NCBI GenBank assembly: GCA_965262115.1
Contig: OZ253496.1
Span: forward strand, 1,120,001 to 1,184,000
DNA: 64,000 nt
Origin: Nitrospinales bacterium
Lineage (GTDB): Bacteria; Nitrospinota; Nitrospinia; Nitrospinales; VA-1
Direction: 5' to 3'
The position numbers were made by a program, and so were the translations under genes. The notes under the pieces were generated by a model. The model saw only the letters and a program-made list of their open reading frames with translations, was not told the origin of the DNA and did not search any database. This document shows, in pieces, positions 42,128 through 52,277 of the stretch. Every line of letters starts with the position of its first letter. Position 1 is the first letter of the stretch.

Positions 42128-43273
42128 ATGAAAAAAAAATATCTGCTCGCACCCGGTCCCACCCCTGTTCCAGAACATGTTTCTCTGGAAATGGCTCTTC
42201 CCATGCAACATCACCGGACTCCCCAGTTCAGCAAAATATTCGGTGAAGCCGCAGAAGGAGCCAAATACCTATTTCAAACCAAGCAGGATGTGCTGATTCT
42301 CGCTGCTACCGGAACGGGAGGTATGGAAGGTTGCGTGACCAACCTGTTTTCATCAGGGGATAAAGTATTGGTCATTAACGGAGGGAAGTTTGGCGAGAGG
42401 TGGGGGGGAATTTCCGAGACCTATGGCCTCAATGTTGTCTGGCATAATGTAGAATGGGGAAAAGGCGCTGATGCTAAAGAAATTGAATCCATTCTGGCTC
42501 AGGATAAAGAAATAAAGGGCATCATGGCTCAGGCCAGCGAAACCTCCACAACTGCCGCCCATCCGATCGAAGCCTTGTCGAAGCTGACCCGAGGCCGTGA
42601 CGATATTCTACTGATCGTGGACGGAATCACCGGGGTTGGGGTTTTCAACCTGCCGATGGATGCATGGGGGATCGATGCCATGGTAACCGGGTCACAAAAA
42701 TCCTTGGAACTTCCTCCTGGCCTGGCGCTGGTGGGCCTTAGCGAAAAGGCCTGGAAGTTTGCCGACCAATCGACCTGCCCGCGGTTTTATTTCGACTTTA
42801 AAAAAGAACGCAAAAATCTGGCCAACCGAACCTCCGCTTACACACCTGCCGTTTCACTGGTTGCCGGGCTGCGGGTCGTTCTGCAGGATATTAAGGAAGA
42901 AGGGTTGGACAATGTTTTCAAACGCCATAACCGACTGGCCCGGGCTACCCGTGCCGCTGTGCAGGCCATGGGCTTAGCCATGGTTGCTCCAGATAGTCCC
43001 GCCGATAGCGCAACCGGCGTGTTTGTGCCAGAGGGTGTGGATGGAGGAAAGCTGGTTAAAAGTCTACGTGACGATTTCGGAGTCACTCTGGCAGGTGGAC
43101 AAGACCAATGGAAAGGAAAGGTCGTGCGCGTTGCCCATCTCGGTTACGTAGACACCTTTGACATCATCATAGCGATTTCGGCTCTGGAGATGGCCTTAAA
43201 AAAATTCGGCGCCAAAATCCAACTTGGCAAAGGGGTGGCAGCCGCCCAGGAAATACTATTAGAAGCTTATTGA
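42128..43273 (+). CDS. Class V PLP aminotransferase (serine-pyruvate/alanine-glyoxylate type)
   Basis: LAPGPTPVP, HHRTPQF, ETST, VDG, GSQKSL.LPPG; lies upstream of serA. Confidence 0.92.
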   Translation: MKKKYLLAPGPTPVPEHVSLEMALPMQHHRTPQFSKIFGEAAEGAKYLFQTKQDVLILAATGTGGMEGCVTNLFSSGDKVLVINGGKFGERWGGISETYGLNVVWHNVEWGKGADAKEIESILAQDKEIKGIMAQASETSTTAAHPIEALSKLTRGRDDILLIVDGITGVGVFNLPMDAWGIDAMVTGSQKSLELPPGLALVGLSEKAWKFADQSTCPRFYFDFKKERKNLANRTSAYTPAVSLVAGLRVVLQDIKEEGLDNVFKRHNRLARATRAAVQAMGLAMVAPDSPADSATGVFVPEGVDGGKLVKSLRDDFGVTLAGGQDQWKGKVVRVAHLGYVDTFDIIIAISALEMALKKFGAKIQLGKGVAAAQEILLEAY

Positions 43274-43416
43274 GCCGGCGGACCGCCGGAGGCAGATAGC
43301 AATGACTCATCAAGCCTAGATAACTCTTTGCTAGCAGTGAAAAGCTATTGCCAGTCGGCCCCACGCCAAGTGGAAACCGCCGGTTGTATCCGGCCATCAT
43401 TATTTGGAGTTAGCGA

Positions 43417-44994
43417 ATGAAAGTTCTTGTTTCTGACAACCTCTCCGCAACAGGAGTTGAAATTCTTAAAAAAGAGTCCGGACTTGAGGTTGATGTTAAA
43501 ACAGGTCTGCCCAAGGAAGAATTGATAAAAATCATTCCCGCCTACGACGGTTTAATCGTCCGCAGCGCCACCAAAGTGGTCGCTGAAATTATTGAGGCGG
43601 CCGACAACCTGAAAGTCATCGGAAGAGCAGGCATCGGCGTTGACAATATAGACTTGGATGCGGCAGGCAAAAAAGGCATCATTGTTATGAATGCCCCAGA
43701 AGGGAATATCATAACTACCGCAGAACATACTATGGCCTTGCTGATGTCCATGTCCCGAAACATCCCACAAGCCCGTTCCACCCTGCAAAATAAAAAATGG
43801 GCTCCCAAAGAATTTATGGGAGTAGAACTTTTTGAAAAAACACTGGGCATTGTTGGATTAGGCCGGATCGGCTCCATCGTCGCCGAACGGGCTCACGCTT
43901 TCCAAATGAAGATCGTGGTGTACGATCCCTATATTTCCCAGGAAAGAGCCGAAAAGCTTGGGGTCGAACTGGTGGAACTTAAAGATCTGCTGAAACGCTC
44001 TGATTTTTTGACCCTGCATACTCCAGGCTTGGCCGGCAAACCCTTATTGGGGAAAGAAGAGTTTGCGCAAATGAAACCGGGTATTCGCATCGTCAACTGT
44101 GCCCGAGGTTCCTTGATTGACGACGACGCCCTGATTGATGCCATTCAATCCAAACAAGTCGCAGGAGCCGCACTGGATGTTTACCACAAAGAGCCTCTGG
44201 CTTTTGACAGCCCGCTTCTGCAAGTGGACGAAATCATCTGCACTCCACATCTGGGAGCCTCCACGGGAGAGGCACAGGAAAAAGTGGCTATCGCGATTTG
44301 CGACCAGCTCATTGACTATCTCAAATACGGCAACGTCCGCAATGCAGTCAATGTTCCGTCCATTGATGCCGAGACACTGGCCCAAATCAAACCTTATCTC
44401 GTTTTGGGCGAAGACCTTGGGAACTTTATTTTCCAGCTTGCCGAGGGGCCCATTACCCGCGTTGAAATTCAATATAACGGCGAAGTTTCTACCATGAAGG
44501 TAGAATCCATAACCATCGCTATTTTAAAAGGGCTCTTCAACCGTTCCATTGAAGGGATCAATATGGTCAACGCTCCCTTTATCGCAAAAGAAAGAGGAAT
44601 TGAGGTCCAAGAGTCCAAGAGCAACGAAGTGCACGAATACACCAGCACCGTTCAGGTGCAGGTCATCAGCGAAAATGGAACCCGAAAAGTGACCGGCAGT
44701 GTTTTTGGGAAAGGCGATTCCCGGATCGTGCAATTTGACGAATACCACATGGAAGCCGTCCTCTCTAAAAATATGCTCGTGCTCAACAATATGGATGTCC
44801 CCGGCGTGATCGGGAACCTGGGGAACATTCTCGGGAAAAACAACCTGAATATCGCAGGCTTTCATCTAGGTCGCCAGAAAGAGGAAGGTAAAGCCATTTC
44901 CATTGTCAACATCGATTCCCCACCCACCACTGAAGCCCTGAGGGAATTGCGCAACACATCCCACATTCTCAGTGTCCACAGCGTTACGCTTTAG
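43417..44994 (+). CDS. serA: D-3-phosphoglycerate dehydrogenase (ASB + ACT form)
   Basis: GRAGIGVDNID, GLGRIG, NCARG, TPHLGAST, C-terminal DVPGVIG ACT domain. Confidence 0.96.
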   Translation: MKVLVSDNLSATGVEILKKESGLEVDVKTGLPKEELIKIIPAYDGLIVRSATKVVAEIIEAADNLKVIGRAGIGVDNIDLDAAGKKGIIVMNAPEGNIITTAEHTMALLMSMSRNIPQARSTLQNKKWAPKEFMGVELFEKTLGIVGLGRIGSIVAERAHAFQMKIVVYDPYISQERAEKLGVELVELKDLLKRSDFLTLHTPGLAGKPLLGKEEFAQMKPGIRIVNCARGSLIDDDALIDAIQSKQVAGAALDVYHKEPLAFDSPLLQVDEIICTPHLGASTGEAQEKVAIAICDQLIDYLKYGNVRNAVNVPSIDAETLAQIKPYLVLGEDLGNFIFQLAEGPITRVEIQYNGEVSTMKVESITIAILKGLFNRSIEGINMVNAPFIAKERGIEVQESKSNEVHEYTSTVQVQVISENGTRKVTGSVFGKGDSRIVQFDEYHMEAVLSKNMLVLNNMDVPGVIGNLGNILGKNNLNIAGFHLGRQKEEGKAISIVNIDSPPTTEALRELRNTSHILSVHSVTL

Positions 44995-45011
44995 CAGACT
45001 GATTTTACACA

Positions 45012-45050
45012 AAAAAGCGAGGCTTCCTTTTCGGGAAGCCTCGCTATAAT
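45012..45050. terminator. Bidirectional terminator
   Basis: GCGAGGCTTCC-ttttcg-GGAAGCCTCGC with an A-run on the left, between convergent genes. Confidence 0.75.
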
Positions 45051-45067
45051 TTATTAAAACCCTAAAA

Positions 45068-45646
45068 TCAATCTTCTTTTTTCTGGCTGTCCTCATCCTT
45101 CGCAGCCGGCGCCGACTCAATTTTCTGACCAAAAACACTAGCGATCACTTCATTGATGACCTTGGGACCCAGAATATTATAAACCGTATTCGCCGATTTA
45201 AAATGTGGACTGGTAAAAAGACTCAACACCTTTTTACTGGTGTAACCCAGCATCATAAACTCATGCGCGTAGTTTTCCGCCACCATCCTCAAGGTATCTT
45301 CATCGGCATCTTCATCACCAGTAGGAGGCCCCGCATCCGGATCAACATCTTCCTGAATTTCGTAGACATAGATCAAGTGCCAGCCAAATTCGGTCTTGAT
45401 CGGGCCAACAACATCCCCTTCCTGAGCGGTAAATACAGCAACCTCAAAAGGCCGAACCATAGCTCCTTTTCCAAACCATCCCAAATCTCCCCCGCGTTTT
45501 TTGGATGGGCATTCGCTATACTCCTCCGCCAACTTGGTGAATTCCTCCCCCTCGTCAATCTTGACTCTCAATTCTTCAGCCAGTTCTTTAGCACCCACTA
45601 GAATATGCCGGGCTTGAACTTTTTTAACTTTTCTCTCTTTAGCCAT
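45068..45646 (-). CDS. Parvulin-type PPIase fused to a C-terminal helical domain
   Basis: ARHILV, YSECPS..RGGDLGWF, MVRPFE, TEFGWHLI, then an acidic linker and MVAENYAHEFMMLGY... Confidence 0.88.
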   Translation of the reverse strand: MAKERKVKKVQARHILVGAKELAEELRVKIDEGEEFTKLAEEYSECPSKKRGGDLGWFGKGAMVRPFEVAVFTAQEGDVVGPIKTEFGWHLIYVYEIQEDVDPDAGPPTGDEDADEDTLRMVAENYAHEFMMLGYTSKKVLSLFTSPHFKSANTVYNILGPKVINEVIASVFGQKIESAPAAKDEDSQKKED

Positions 45647-45726
45647 GATTCAATACCATAAATTATATAGAACTCGTTTCCGGAAAACCCGTTTCATCAA
45701 ATGATCTACCGCTCTCTACGTGTGCG

Positions 45727-46515
45727 TCAGTTTAACATCAACGCACAACATTTTTTATATTTCTTGCCGGACCCGCAGGGACAAGGGTCATTGGGTTTAA
45801 TTTTCCCTTCCTGCACCTTAACTCCCGGTGTACTTTTCAATAATTCCTGACCGATTTTTTTTGCATTCTTATAACGCTTCCTCAGTCTCTCATTAAAATC
45901 CGGAATCCCATGATTGATCGCAATAAGCATATCTCGGTTGGAAGATTCCAGTTTGGCCTCTTCCTTTTCTCTCAGGCGCTCATCCAAAAAATAGGTGGTG
46001 GAAAAAATCGGCGCCTGATCGGCATTGTCCAGCTCCAGCTTAAAAAAAGAAAGTTTCAAACTGCGATTATCATTGCGCGGATCAATGTCATAGGAGTCTT
46101 CTGAAAAATACGGGTCATTGTTGAAATTAAAATCGAGCATTCCCTTTTCTTGCGGAAATAATTCGAAAAAATTATAATAATTTCCCGGCTCGAATTCCAG
46201 GTAAGAGGTAGGATTTTTCTCGCCATAGGCTTTCGCTTCCACAACCCTCTGCTTGAAGAGGAGTATCAACTCATCTGGAGCGTTTTTGGAAAATCCCTTG
46301 GCGATTTGGGTTTGCACATCTGTCAAGCGTGGATGATCGGGAAGGGGATTAAAAGTTTTATTAAAATTAACCTGGAAAGCAAAAGCATTGTCCCGGTTGT
46401 CCTGGTCACGAAGACGCACCACAACATAGTTGTATTCGTAAAATGGATGGGTGTGATAAAAGTCTTCAAGGACATACGTGTTCTGGTAATTCTCTTCCTC
46501 GAACCGGTACATCAT
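45727..46515 (-). CDS. SEC-C motif protein
   Basis: C-terminal NDPCPCGSGKKYKKCC. Confidence 0.8.
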   Translation of the reverse strand: MMYRFEEENYQNTYVLEDFYHTHPFYEYNYVVVRLRDQDNRDNAFAFQVNFNKTFNPLPDHPRLTDVQTQIAKGFSKNAPDELILLFKQRVVEAKAYGEKNPTSYLEFEPGNYYNFFELFPQEKGMLDFNFNNDPYFSEDSYDIDPRNDNRSLKLSFFKLELDNADQAPIFSTTYFLDERLREKEEAKLESSNRDMLIAINHGIPDFNERLRKRYKNAKKIGQELLKSTPGVKVQEGKIKPNDPCPCGSGKKYKKCCALMLN

Positions 46516-46661
46516 TTTCGAGTTTTCACTCTCCTGCTGATTGATTTCCCAATAACCTTCGATGACAATTCCCTTTCCACTAAATATTTCAGATCACCGG
46601 ATCTCTATCTGCTCACAAACCGTATAAGTTTAAAAACCCCAAACTTTTTCAATCCCAACCA

Positions 46662-47153
46662 TCAACGAGGAAGAGGAGAATTAGAAAAACCCGGAAATTT
46701 TGTAAACACGCCCTTTTCAGTTTCCTGTTTTTCGATATCTCGAACCGCACGCACAGAATCCTTAGTGATATCTTCCTTATGATTGGCATTCGCATGTCCA
46801 TAACGGTAATAATAGATGGCAGCGGTAGCATGGGGCAGTTCATTAGCGGTCCAACTGGTGAAGCCCCCGCCGGGCGAGAAAGTCGGGCTTATGAAAACGT
46901 CCATGCGATCCATATCCAGAATGACATGGTCTTCATCATAAAGGCTTTCAGCTTCTTCCAAGTTCGGCATTCTCCAGTCCTGGTGCCCGGCAAACTTATT
47001 AATGCCCAAGCCCTTGATATAGTCCATAGCCTTATACCAATTCACCCATTTGCTGGTATCCTGAAAAGAATCGGCCTGCTTCCACATCAGCTTGGTTTCC
47101 AGGTCGGTAACCGTGCCGTCTCCATTATCTACAAATCGTTTTTTTAATTCCAC
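46662..47153 (-). CDS. DUF1566/Lcl C-terminal domain protein
   Basis: RFVDNGDGTVTD.ETKLMW...GHQDWRMP..EE...SVRAVR. Confidence 0.88.
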   Translation of the reverse strand: MELKKRFVDNGDGTVTDLETKLMWKQADSFQDTSKWVNWYKAMDYIKGLGINKFAGHQDWRMPNLEEAESLYDEDHVILDMDRMDVFISPTFSPGGGFTSWTANELPHATAAIYYYRYGHANANHKEDITKDSVRAVRDIEKQETEKGVFTKFPGFSNSPLPR

Positions 47154-47188
47154 GTTTTACTCTCCAATGTTGCTCTTTAATTTCAGTC

Positions 47189-47644
47189 CTAGTCTTCCTG
47201 CTTTTCAATATCGCGGACCAGCCTGGAAGCCCCTCTCGACACGCGAAAAATGTCATCATAAATGGCAACTCCTTTGCGGAAATTCAGGCGCACACCTTGT
47301 ATATTATGTCGCACATCGCTGGTCCAGCACAGAAACCCGCACCCTGGCTCAAACAAGCCGGACAGATAAATCGCCTGCCCCATATTATCGGAATTTTTCT
47401 GTGTCTTATCGAAGAGGCTTTTGGCTTCGCTTGCCGTAGGAAGCCTCCAATTGGAAAAGCCTGCAAACCGCTTTCGGTTCAAACTTTCCGCAAACTCTTT
47501 GACCTGGCGCTGGGCCATCCATTTCCCCGCCATTTGCCAGGTATCTTTTTTAAGCCATACGAGGCGCTTGGCGCCGTCAATCACCGTGTCGCTGTCTCCT
47601 GCCGCAAATCGCCCACCCACTTGCCCCGAGCCCTGTTCACCCAT
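47189..47644 (-). CDS. DUF1566/Lcl domain protein
   Basis: TVID...LVW...GFSNWRLPTASE...RLVR. Confidence 0.85.
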   Translation of the reverse strand: MGEQGSGQVGGRFAAGDSDTVIDGAKRLVWLKKDTWQMAGKWMAQRQVKEFAESLNRKRFAGFSNWRLPTASEAKSLFDKTQKNSDNMGQAIYLSGLFEPGCGFLCWTSDVRHNIQGVRLNFRKGVAIYDDIFRVSRGASRLVRDIEKQED

Positions 47645-47649
47645 GACCT

Positions 47650-48534
47650 TTATGAGTCACCTTCCTGATTCCGGACTGCACGGACACCGTGACTACGCAA
47701 ACCCATCTGGTGCCATTTATAGTCTCCATTATAATAATGGAAACTAATGGCCAATCCTTTATCCGACTTATTCAATGTTTTGGTCCAGCAGGTCAAACCA
47801 CAGCCCGCAGGAAAACCTTTAGTTAAAAATGCCGTGTCACCATAATTGTCCGTAACAGGATTAGAAGCGTCATAAATCGCCTGCGCTTCCTTCCGAGTTG
47901 GCATGCGCCAATCCTTATAACCCGCAAACTGTGTCCGGTTTAGTTGGATTAGGTAGGTCTTGGCTTCGTCCCAACTCACCCACTTATCCAATTCCATATA
48001 GGAGTCCGCCGACTTCCACATCAGGCCTGTCTTGTGGTCAGTAATGGTGCCGTCTTTATGCAGTTCAATGCGGACAAAATCAGGGTCCTCTTCTTCCTGA
48101 ATATTGGCTCGAACCAAGCGCACAGCACTGGGGAAACCATCGTTTTCTTTAGCCAGCCAGAATTCGTAATCGGATCGGTAGTCATAGGCCATGGCGGCCT
48201 TGGCGCCACGGGTTTGGCTGGTCCAAGTCGAGAATCCGCACCCAGAAGTAAAAACAGGATCGATATGAATTTCGCAGCCTTCTACATCTGTATTGCTGGC
48301 TGATCGATGAAAAAGGTATTTGGCTTCTGAAGCGGAGGGAATGCGCCAGTTGTTATACCCGGCGAATTTTTCCTCATTCATTGTTCGAGCTAACTCCTGG
48401 CTTTCATGCCAAGTGATCAAACGCCCCAACCTGACCCAAGTATCCTCTTTCATCCACATGAGGTTGTGCTTCGGATCCGTAACAGTATCATCTCCGTTAT
48501 CCAAATACTGCATTTCCACTTTGGCTTCCGTCAT
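47650..48534 (-). CDS. Tandem double DUF1566/Lcl domain protein
   Basis: Two TD...LMW...WR(I/M)P...VR(L/A)VR units. Confidence 0.88.
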   Translation of the reverse strand: MTEAKVEMQYLDNGDDTVTDPKHNLMWMKEDTWVRLGRLITWHESQELARTMNEEKFAGYNNWRIPSASEAKYLFHRSASNTDVEGCEIHIDPVFTSGCGFSTWTSQTRGAKAAMAYDYRSDYEFWLAKENDGFPSAVRLVRANIQEEEDPDFVRIELHKDGTITDHKTGLMWKSADSYMELDKWVSWDEAKTYLIQLNRTQFAGYKDWRMPTRKEAQAIYDASNPVTDNYGDTAFLTKGFPAGCGLTCWTKTLNKSDKGLAISFHYYNGDYKWHQMGLRSHGVRAVRNQEGDS

Positions 48535-48538
48535 AACT

Positions 48539-49060
48539 TTATTTTCTGCGTGTGGGGGACTGGTGTCTCATGACCTTATCTTTTCTACAGATACGAACCG
48601 AGCCAAAGCTATACTCTTCGACACTGACAACCTTGCCTTCGCTATAGTCAAACCTCGGTCTGCGGGTGGATGTATCCCCCGCAATCCAGGCGGTTTTAAA
48701 CGCACCTTCTGGAAACACTGGATCAAGATGAAGGATCACCCCGCTCTTCCCTGGGTTTTCGCAGGACTCATCAAAAAGTGACGAGACTTCATCAATACTA
48801 GGCAGTCGCCAGTCATCAAACCCACCAATCTTTCTAAGATTCTTCCTATCGGCAAACTCCACCGCTTCATGCCAGTTGAAAAACTTACCCTTGTCCTGCC
48901 AGGAATCTTTTTTCAACCAGTACAGACGGGTTTTATTATCAAAAATAACATCACGGCCTTTCTCCACAAACCTTTTAGGTTTGTCATCCTGCTTGACCGG
49001 AGCCTGTTCCGTCTGCTTGATCGGAGACAGTTCCGAGTTTTTGGGAAGTTCTTCTGTCAT
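48539..49060 (-). CDS. DUF1566/Lcl domain protein
   Basis: IFDNKTRLYW...GFDDWRLPSIDE...SVRICR. Confidence 0.85.
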   Translation of the reverse strand: MTEELPKNSELSPIKQTEQAPVKQDDKPKRFVEKGRDVIFDNKTRLYWLKKDSWQDKGKFFNWHEAVEFADRKNLRKIGGFDDWRLPSIDEVSSLFDESCENPGKSGVILHLDPVFPEGAFKTAWIAGDTSTRRPRFDYSEGKVVSVEEYSFGSVRICRKDKVMRHQSPTRRK

Positions 49061-49120
49061 TTTTCCTATTTCTCGAATGGCCGGTCACATCGGCGGATTG
49101 AAAGCTTTAGAATAATTTTT

Positions 49121-49342
49121 TTAATTATAGCCAGTATATCCTATTTCTACGCTGTCTTCATCGACATTGACAATGACCGGAACGATATACTGGTCATTGG
49201 AATAACCCAATAATTGCTTCAAACCCTGTGGGTCTTTATCAACATTTACGTAAACAAAAGACCTGTGTTGCTTTTTAAAGTCCGCCAGGGCTTTCTGCGT
49301 GTGGGGACAGTCATCCTTGCCAAAAATCATATAATGGTTCAT
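49121..49342 (-). CDS. Glutaredoxin-like protein (Uxx-star-like family, CPHT)
   Basis: IFGKDDCPHT...YVNV...VPVIV...IGY. Confidence 0.78.
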   Translation of the reverse strand: MNHYMIFGKDDCPHTQKALADFKKQHRSFVYVNVDKDPQGLKQLLGYSNDQYIVPVIVNVDEDSVEIGYTGYN

Positions 49343-49380
49343 AACACTCCAGTCAGCACGCCCTTACACCGGGGCCGGAA

Positions 49381-49992
49381 TTAACGTTCGAATGTCTTCG
49401 TGTCCTTGCGCCACTCAGGTTCCCAATCCTCCTGAACCACATCACGGGTCACCCGACAATGAGAATATTCGTTGTCCTTATGCTCCCACATATCGTTACC
49501 CGTCACATAACTGAATTTTTGCGCATACTGTTGGTAGTCCGGCTTTTCTTCATAGGTCCAGGTATTGTGCCCTCCTGCCGGCTCAAACAGATCTGAAATA
49601 TGGGTCTCGGCCCCATCCTTATCATGATTCGACTGGGTAAACGAAAAAAGGCTTTTAGCCTCTTCACCGCTGGGCAACCTCCAATCATCAAAGCCGGCGA
49701 ACTTTTTGTCATTCAACATTTCGCAATAATCATGGGCCTCAAACCAGGTGATTCCATAACTGTACTCTTTGTATGAATCATCCTTTTTCCACATCAGGTT
49801 GGAATAGGTATCGCTGATGGTGCCATCGCCGTTATCGACGAAATTAGGAACTTCCTCCTCCACCACAGCAACATCTTCTTCGTCCTCATCGCCCCATTCA
49901 TCCTCGCCAACCCATTCAGTCTCCGGCTCATTTTCTGAAGTCTCCGGATCTACAGCATCATCAAATTCGGTTGGGTCATCATTTTCAGACAT
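49381..49992 (-). CDS. DUF1566/Lcl domain protein with acidic N-terminal extension
   Basis: About 50 D/E-rich residues, then NFVDNGDGTISD...LMW...DWRLP. Confidence 0.87.
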   Translation of the reverse strand: MSENDDPTEFDDAVDPETSENEPETEWVGEDEWGDEDEEDVAVVEEEVPNFVDNGDGTISDTYSNLMWKKDDSYKEYSYGITWFEAHDYCEMLNDKKFAGFDDWRLPSGEEAKSLFSFTQSNHDKDGAETHISDLFEPAGGHNTWTYEEKPDYQQYAQKFSYVTGNDMWEHKDNEYSHCRVTRDVVQEDWEPEWRKDTKTFER

Positions 49993-50023
49993 TTTAAACC
50001 TCAACTTTTCAAGCAAACATTTA

Positions 50024-50467
50024 TCAATCCAGGTCCCTGACCATACGCACCGAAGTGCCAGTGGTCGACACCGACTGGTCCACACAAACCTCTCTCATAT
50101 TCGGGAAATAGCTTTTCCACGCATAAGAATCGTACCGGGTTTCAGAAGTCCACACACAGGTTTCACCGCCAGCCTGATAATTGGAAACCCGCCGTGCCGG
50201 CTTTTTGGGTAAGTTCAGGAACACATCCCGGTAATCATTTTGGTTACGAAATAACGAGCGCACCTCACTTTTAGTCGGTAGCCTCCAGTCGTTATAACCC
50301 AAATATTTTTGTTCATTGCTGGCCTTCACATAAGCATGGCCTTCATCCCAGTTGAGCCACTTTCCCAATTCCTGCCGGGAATCTCTCAGCACCCACATCA
50401 AATCATTATCTGGATCTTCGACCGTACCATTATCATTCTTGACCCAACCACATTTTGATTCCGCCAC
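50024..50467 (-). CDS. DUF1566/Lcl domain protein
   Basis: NDNGTVED...LMW...GYNDWRLPTKSE...SVRMVR. Confidence 0.85.
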   Translation of the reverse strand: MAESKCGWVKNDNGTVEDPDNDLMWVLRDSRQELGKWLNWDEGHAYVKASNEQKYLGYNDWRLPTKSEVRSLFRNQNDYRDVFLNLPKKPARRVSNYQAGGETCVWTSETRYDSYAWKSYFPNMREVCVDQSVSTTGTSVRMVRDLD

Positions 50468-50814
50468 ACTTAAGCCTCGAACCTGTCAGCAAAATAAAAA
50501 ACACCCTTATATTTCCCGCTCATTCATTCTGTCTCGGTGGAATATTCCCCCATCCCACCAGTGGAAAAAGCAGGACAAATATTGACCTAAACAAATGAGA
50601 CAAGGAGAAGAGTGTTCCTCTCTTTCACCTATATGAACAAACCAAAAATTTTCGTTTCTATTAAAGTACCACCCGACCACCGGGTTTTCAAGCCAAATTC
50701 AAGAAGCTTTCTGCTCGGAAACGCCTGAATATCCACATGAAAACCGTAAACTCCCCAACGCCCCCCAGCCCTCCAAAATACAACTTAAGCCCGTTACGCA
50801 GGGCAAATTGGGGC

Positions 50815-51309
50815 CTATCGCCAACCGCCCCCCTGAGTGATTTTATCTCGGACTTCCGGCACATGGGCGATTTTGGCTTTTGAGTTGTCAAATTCACCGC
50901 GCACGAGACGGACACTGGAATTGAGGATATCATCGACCTCCTTATGTCCGCCGGCCCCACTGCTGAAAGAATAAACATAGGCCGTGACCTTGCCCCGGGT
51001 ATTGCTGGTCCAGGTATCGTGACCACAACCTTCGGTGAATACCGAATCGATATGTACGAACATGTCGTACTTGTCTTTCAAGGTTTTCTCTATGTCATAA
51101 AGGGAGTGCGCCTCTTTCTTATTGGGAAACCGCCAGTCCTGATAACCGGCAAAAGACCCCTCATTTTGTTTTCCCAAATATTTTAAAGCCGCTGTGTAGC
51201 TGACGAACTTCTGGAGGTCCAGATAGGAGTCGTTTTTCTTCCACATCAACTGGGTCAGATTGTCGGTGACCGTGCTATCCCCATTATCCACAAACCTGTT
51301 TTCGCTCAT
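50815..51309 (-). CDS. DUF1566/Lcl domain protein
   Basis: RFVDNGDSTVTD.LTQLMW...GYQDWRFP...SVRLVR. Confidence 0.88.
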   Translation of the reverse strand: MSENRFVDNGDSTVTDNLTQLMWKKNDSYLDLQKFVSYTAALKYLGKQNEGSFAGYQDWRFPNKKEAHSLYDIEKTLKDKYDMFVHIDSVFTEGCGHDTWTSNTRGKVTAYVYSFSSGAGGHKEVDDILNSSVRLVRGEFDNSKAKIAHVPEVRDKITQGGGWR

Positions 51310-51367
51310 AATTGTCCTATTGCAAATTCAACGGATTTCTATTTTATGCTTCCTGCCAGATAAAATA

Positions 51368-51402
51368 CAAAAAAAAGCCGGGGGGCAAAAAAGCCCCCCG
51401 GC
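51368..51402 (-). terminator. Rho-independent terminator
   Basis: GCCGGGGGGC-loop-GCCCCCCGGC, followed on the minus strand by a T-run. Confidence 0.8.
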
Positions 51403-51421
51403 ACAAAAATTAAATCTTAGC

Positions 51422-51937
51422 TTAGCGGTTTGCTTCAGCTGTTGCGCCACCACCACCATCAGCATCCATACCACCCCTTACGCTGAAGAGACCGCGCTCG
51501 GTACCTTCAGGCTGACCCATACCCGGCTCAATATATGTAGACGGCGTTACATGGTCCAGATGGTAATCAGGTTGATAGGTCTTTTGAGAACCAGGATCCA
51601 TTTTCCAGTCATGGTGCGCTTGGGCTTCTCGCTTTTGACAGTTCAACTGGATATCTCCGGGACCTTTGTTGGCAAAAGTGGATTTCGGCTGCAGAGCATG
51701 ACTGAAAAATCCTCCTGGAGGCAGTGTCCGATCAAAATTCTTGTTCCATGAATATCCAATCGGCCCAACATTGATGTGTACCGTTGTTGCTTTGTCTTCA
51801 CTCAGGTTGACAAGATTCCAACCCGCATTCAAACAAACGCTGGATTTCCCAGCAGGGATGGTGGAAACACCTGCACTTGCAACGGCAACAGAAAACACAA
51901 AAAATACTGCGAATAAAACTAAAACGGTCTTTCTCAT
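51422..51937 (-). CDS. Secreted hypothetical protein
   Basis: Strong RBS; Sec signal MRKTVLVLF...AVASA; one Cys pair; has its own terminator. Confidence 0.75.
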   Translation of the reverse strand: MRKTVLVLFAVFFVFSVAVASAGVSTIPAGKSSVCLNAGWNLVNLSEDKATTVHINVGPIGYSWNKNFDRTLPPGGFFSHALQPKSTFANKGPGDIQLNCQKREAQAHHDWKMDPGSQKTYQPDYHLDHVTPSTYIEPGMGQPEGTERGLFSVRGGMDADGGGGATAEANR

Positions 51938-52277
51938 TTTTGCTCCCCCTTTCGAAGCGTAAATAAAAGGTAACACTGAAACAACCTAAAAAAACTCTAT
52001 TTAATTCATCAACCACTTCGGTGATTCGCGCTCAATACCTTAAATCCGGCAGTTCTACAACTGCAACAAAACGGCGGATTTTTCCCCGCAAAACCTCCGG
52101 GTCTGGCTAGGGTGGCCTGAAAATATCAAAAGCCCTCTAGGAAGTCAAGCCTTTAATATCCCTCCCAAGATTGGACAAAAACCCCTTAAATATCAATGCG
52201 CTGCAAAACAGAAAAATCCTGACCCCCCACCCGATTGGGGTGCTGTTTTTGTAGCAGATGTCAATATTTTGTGACTT

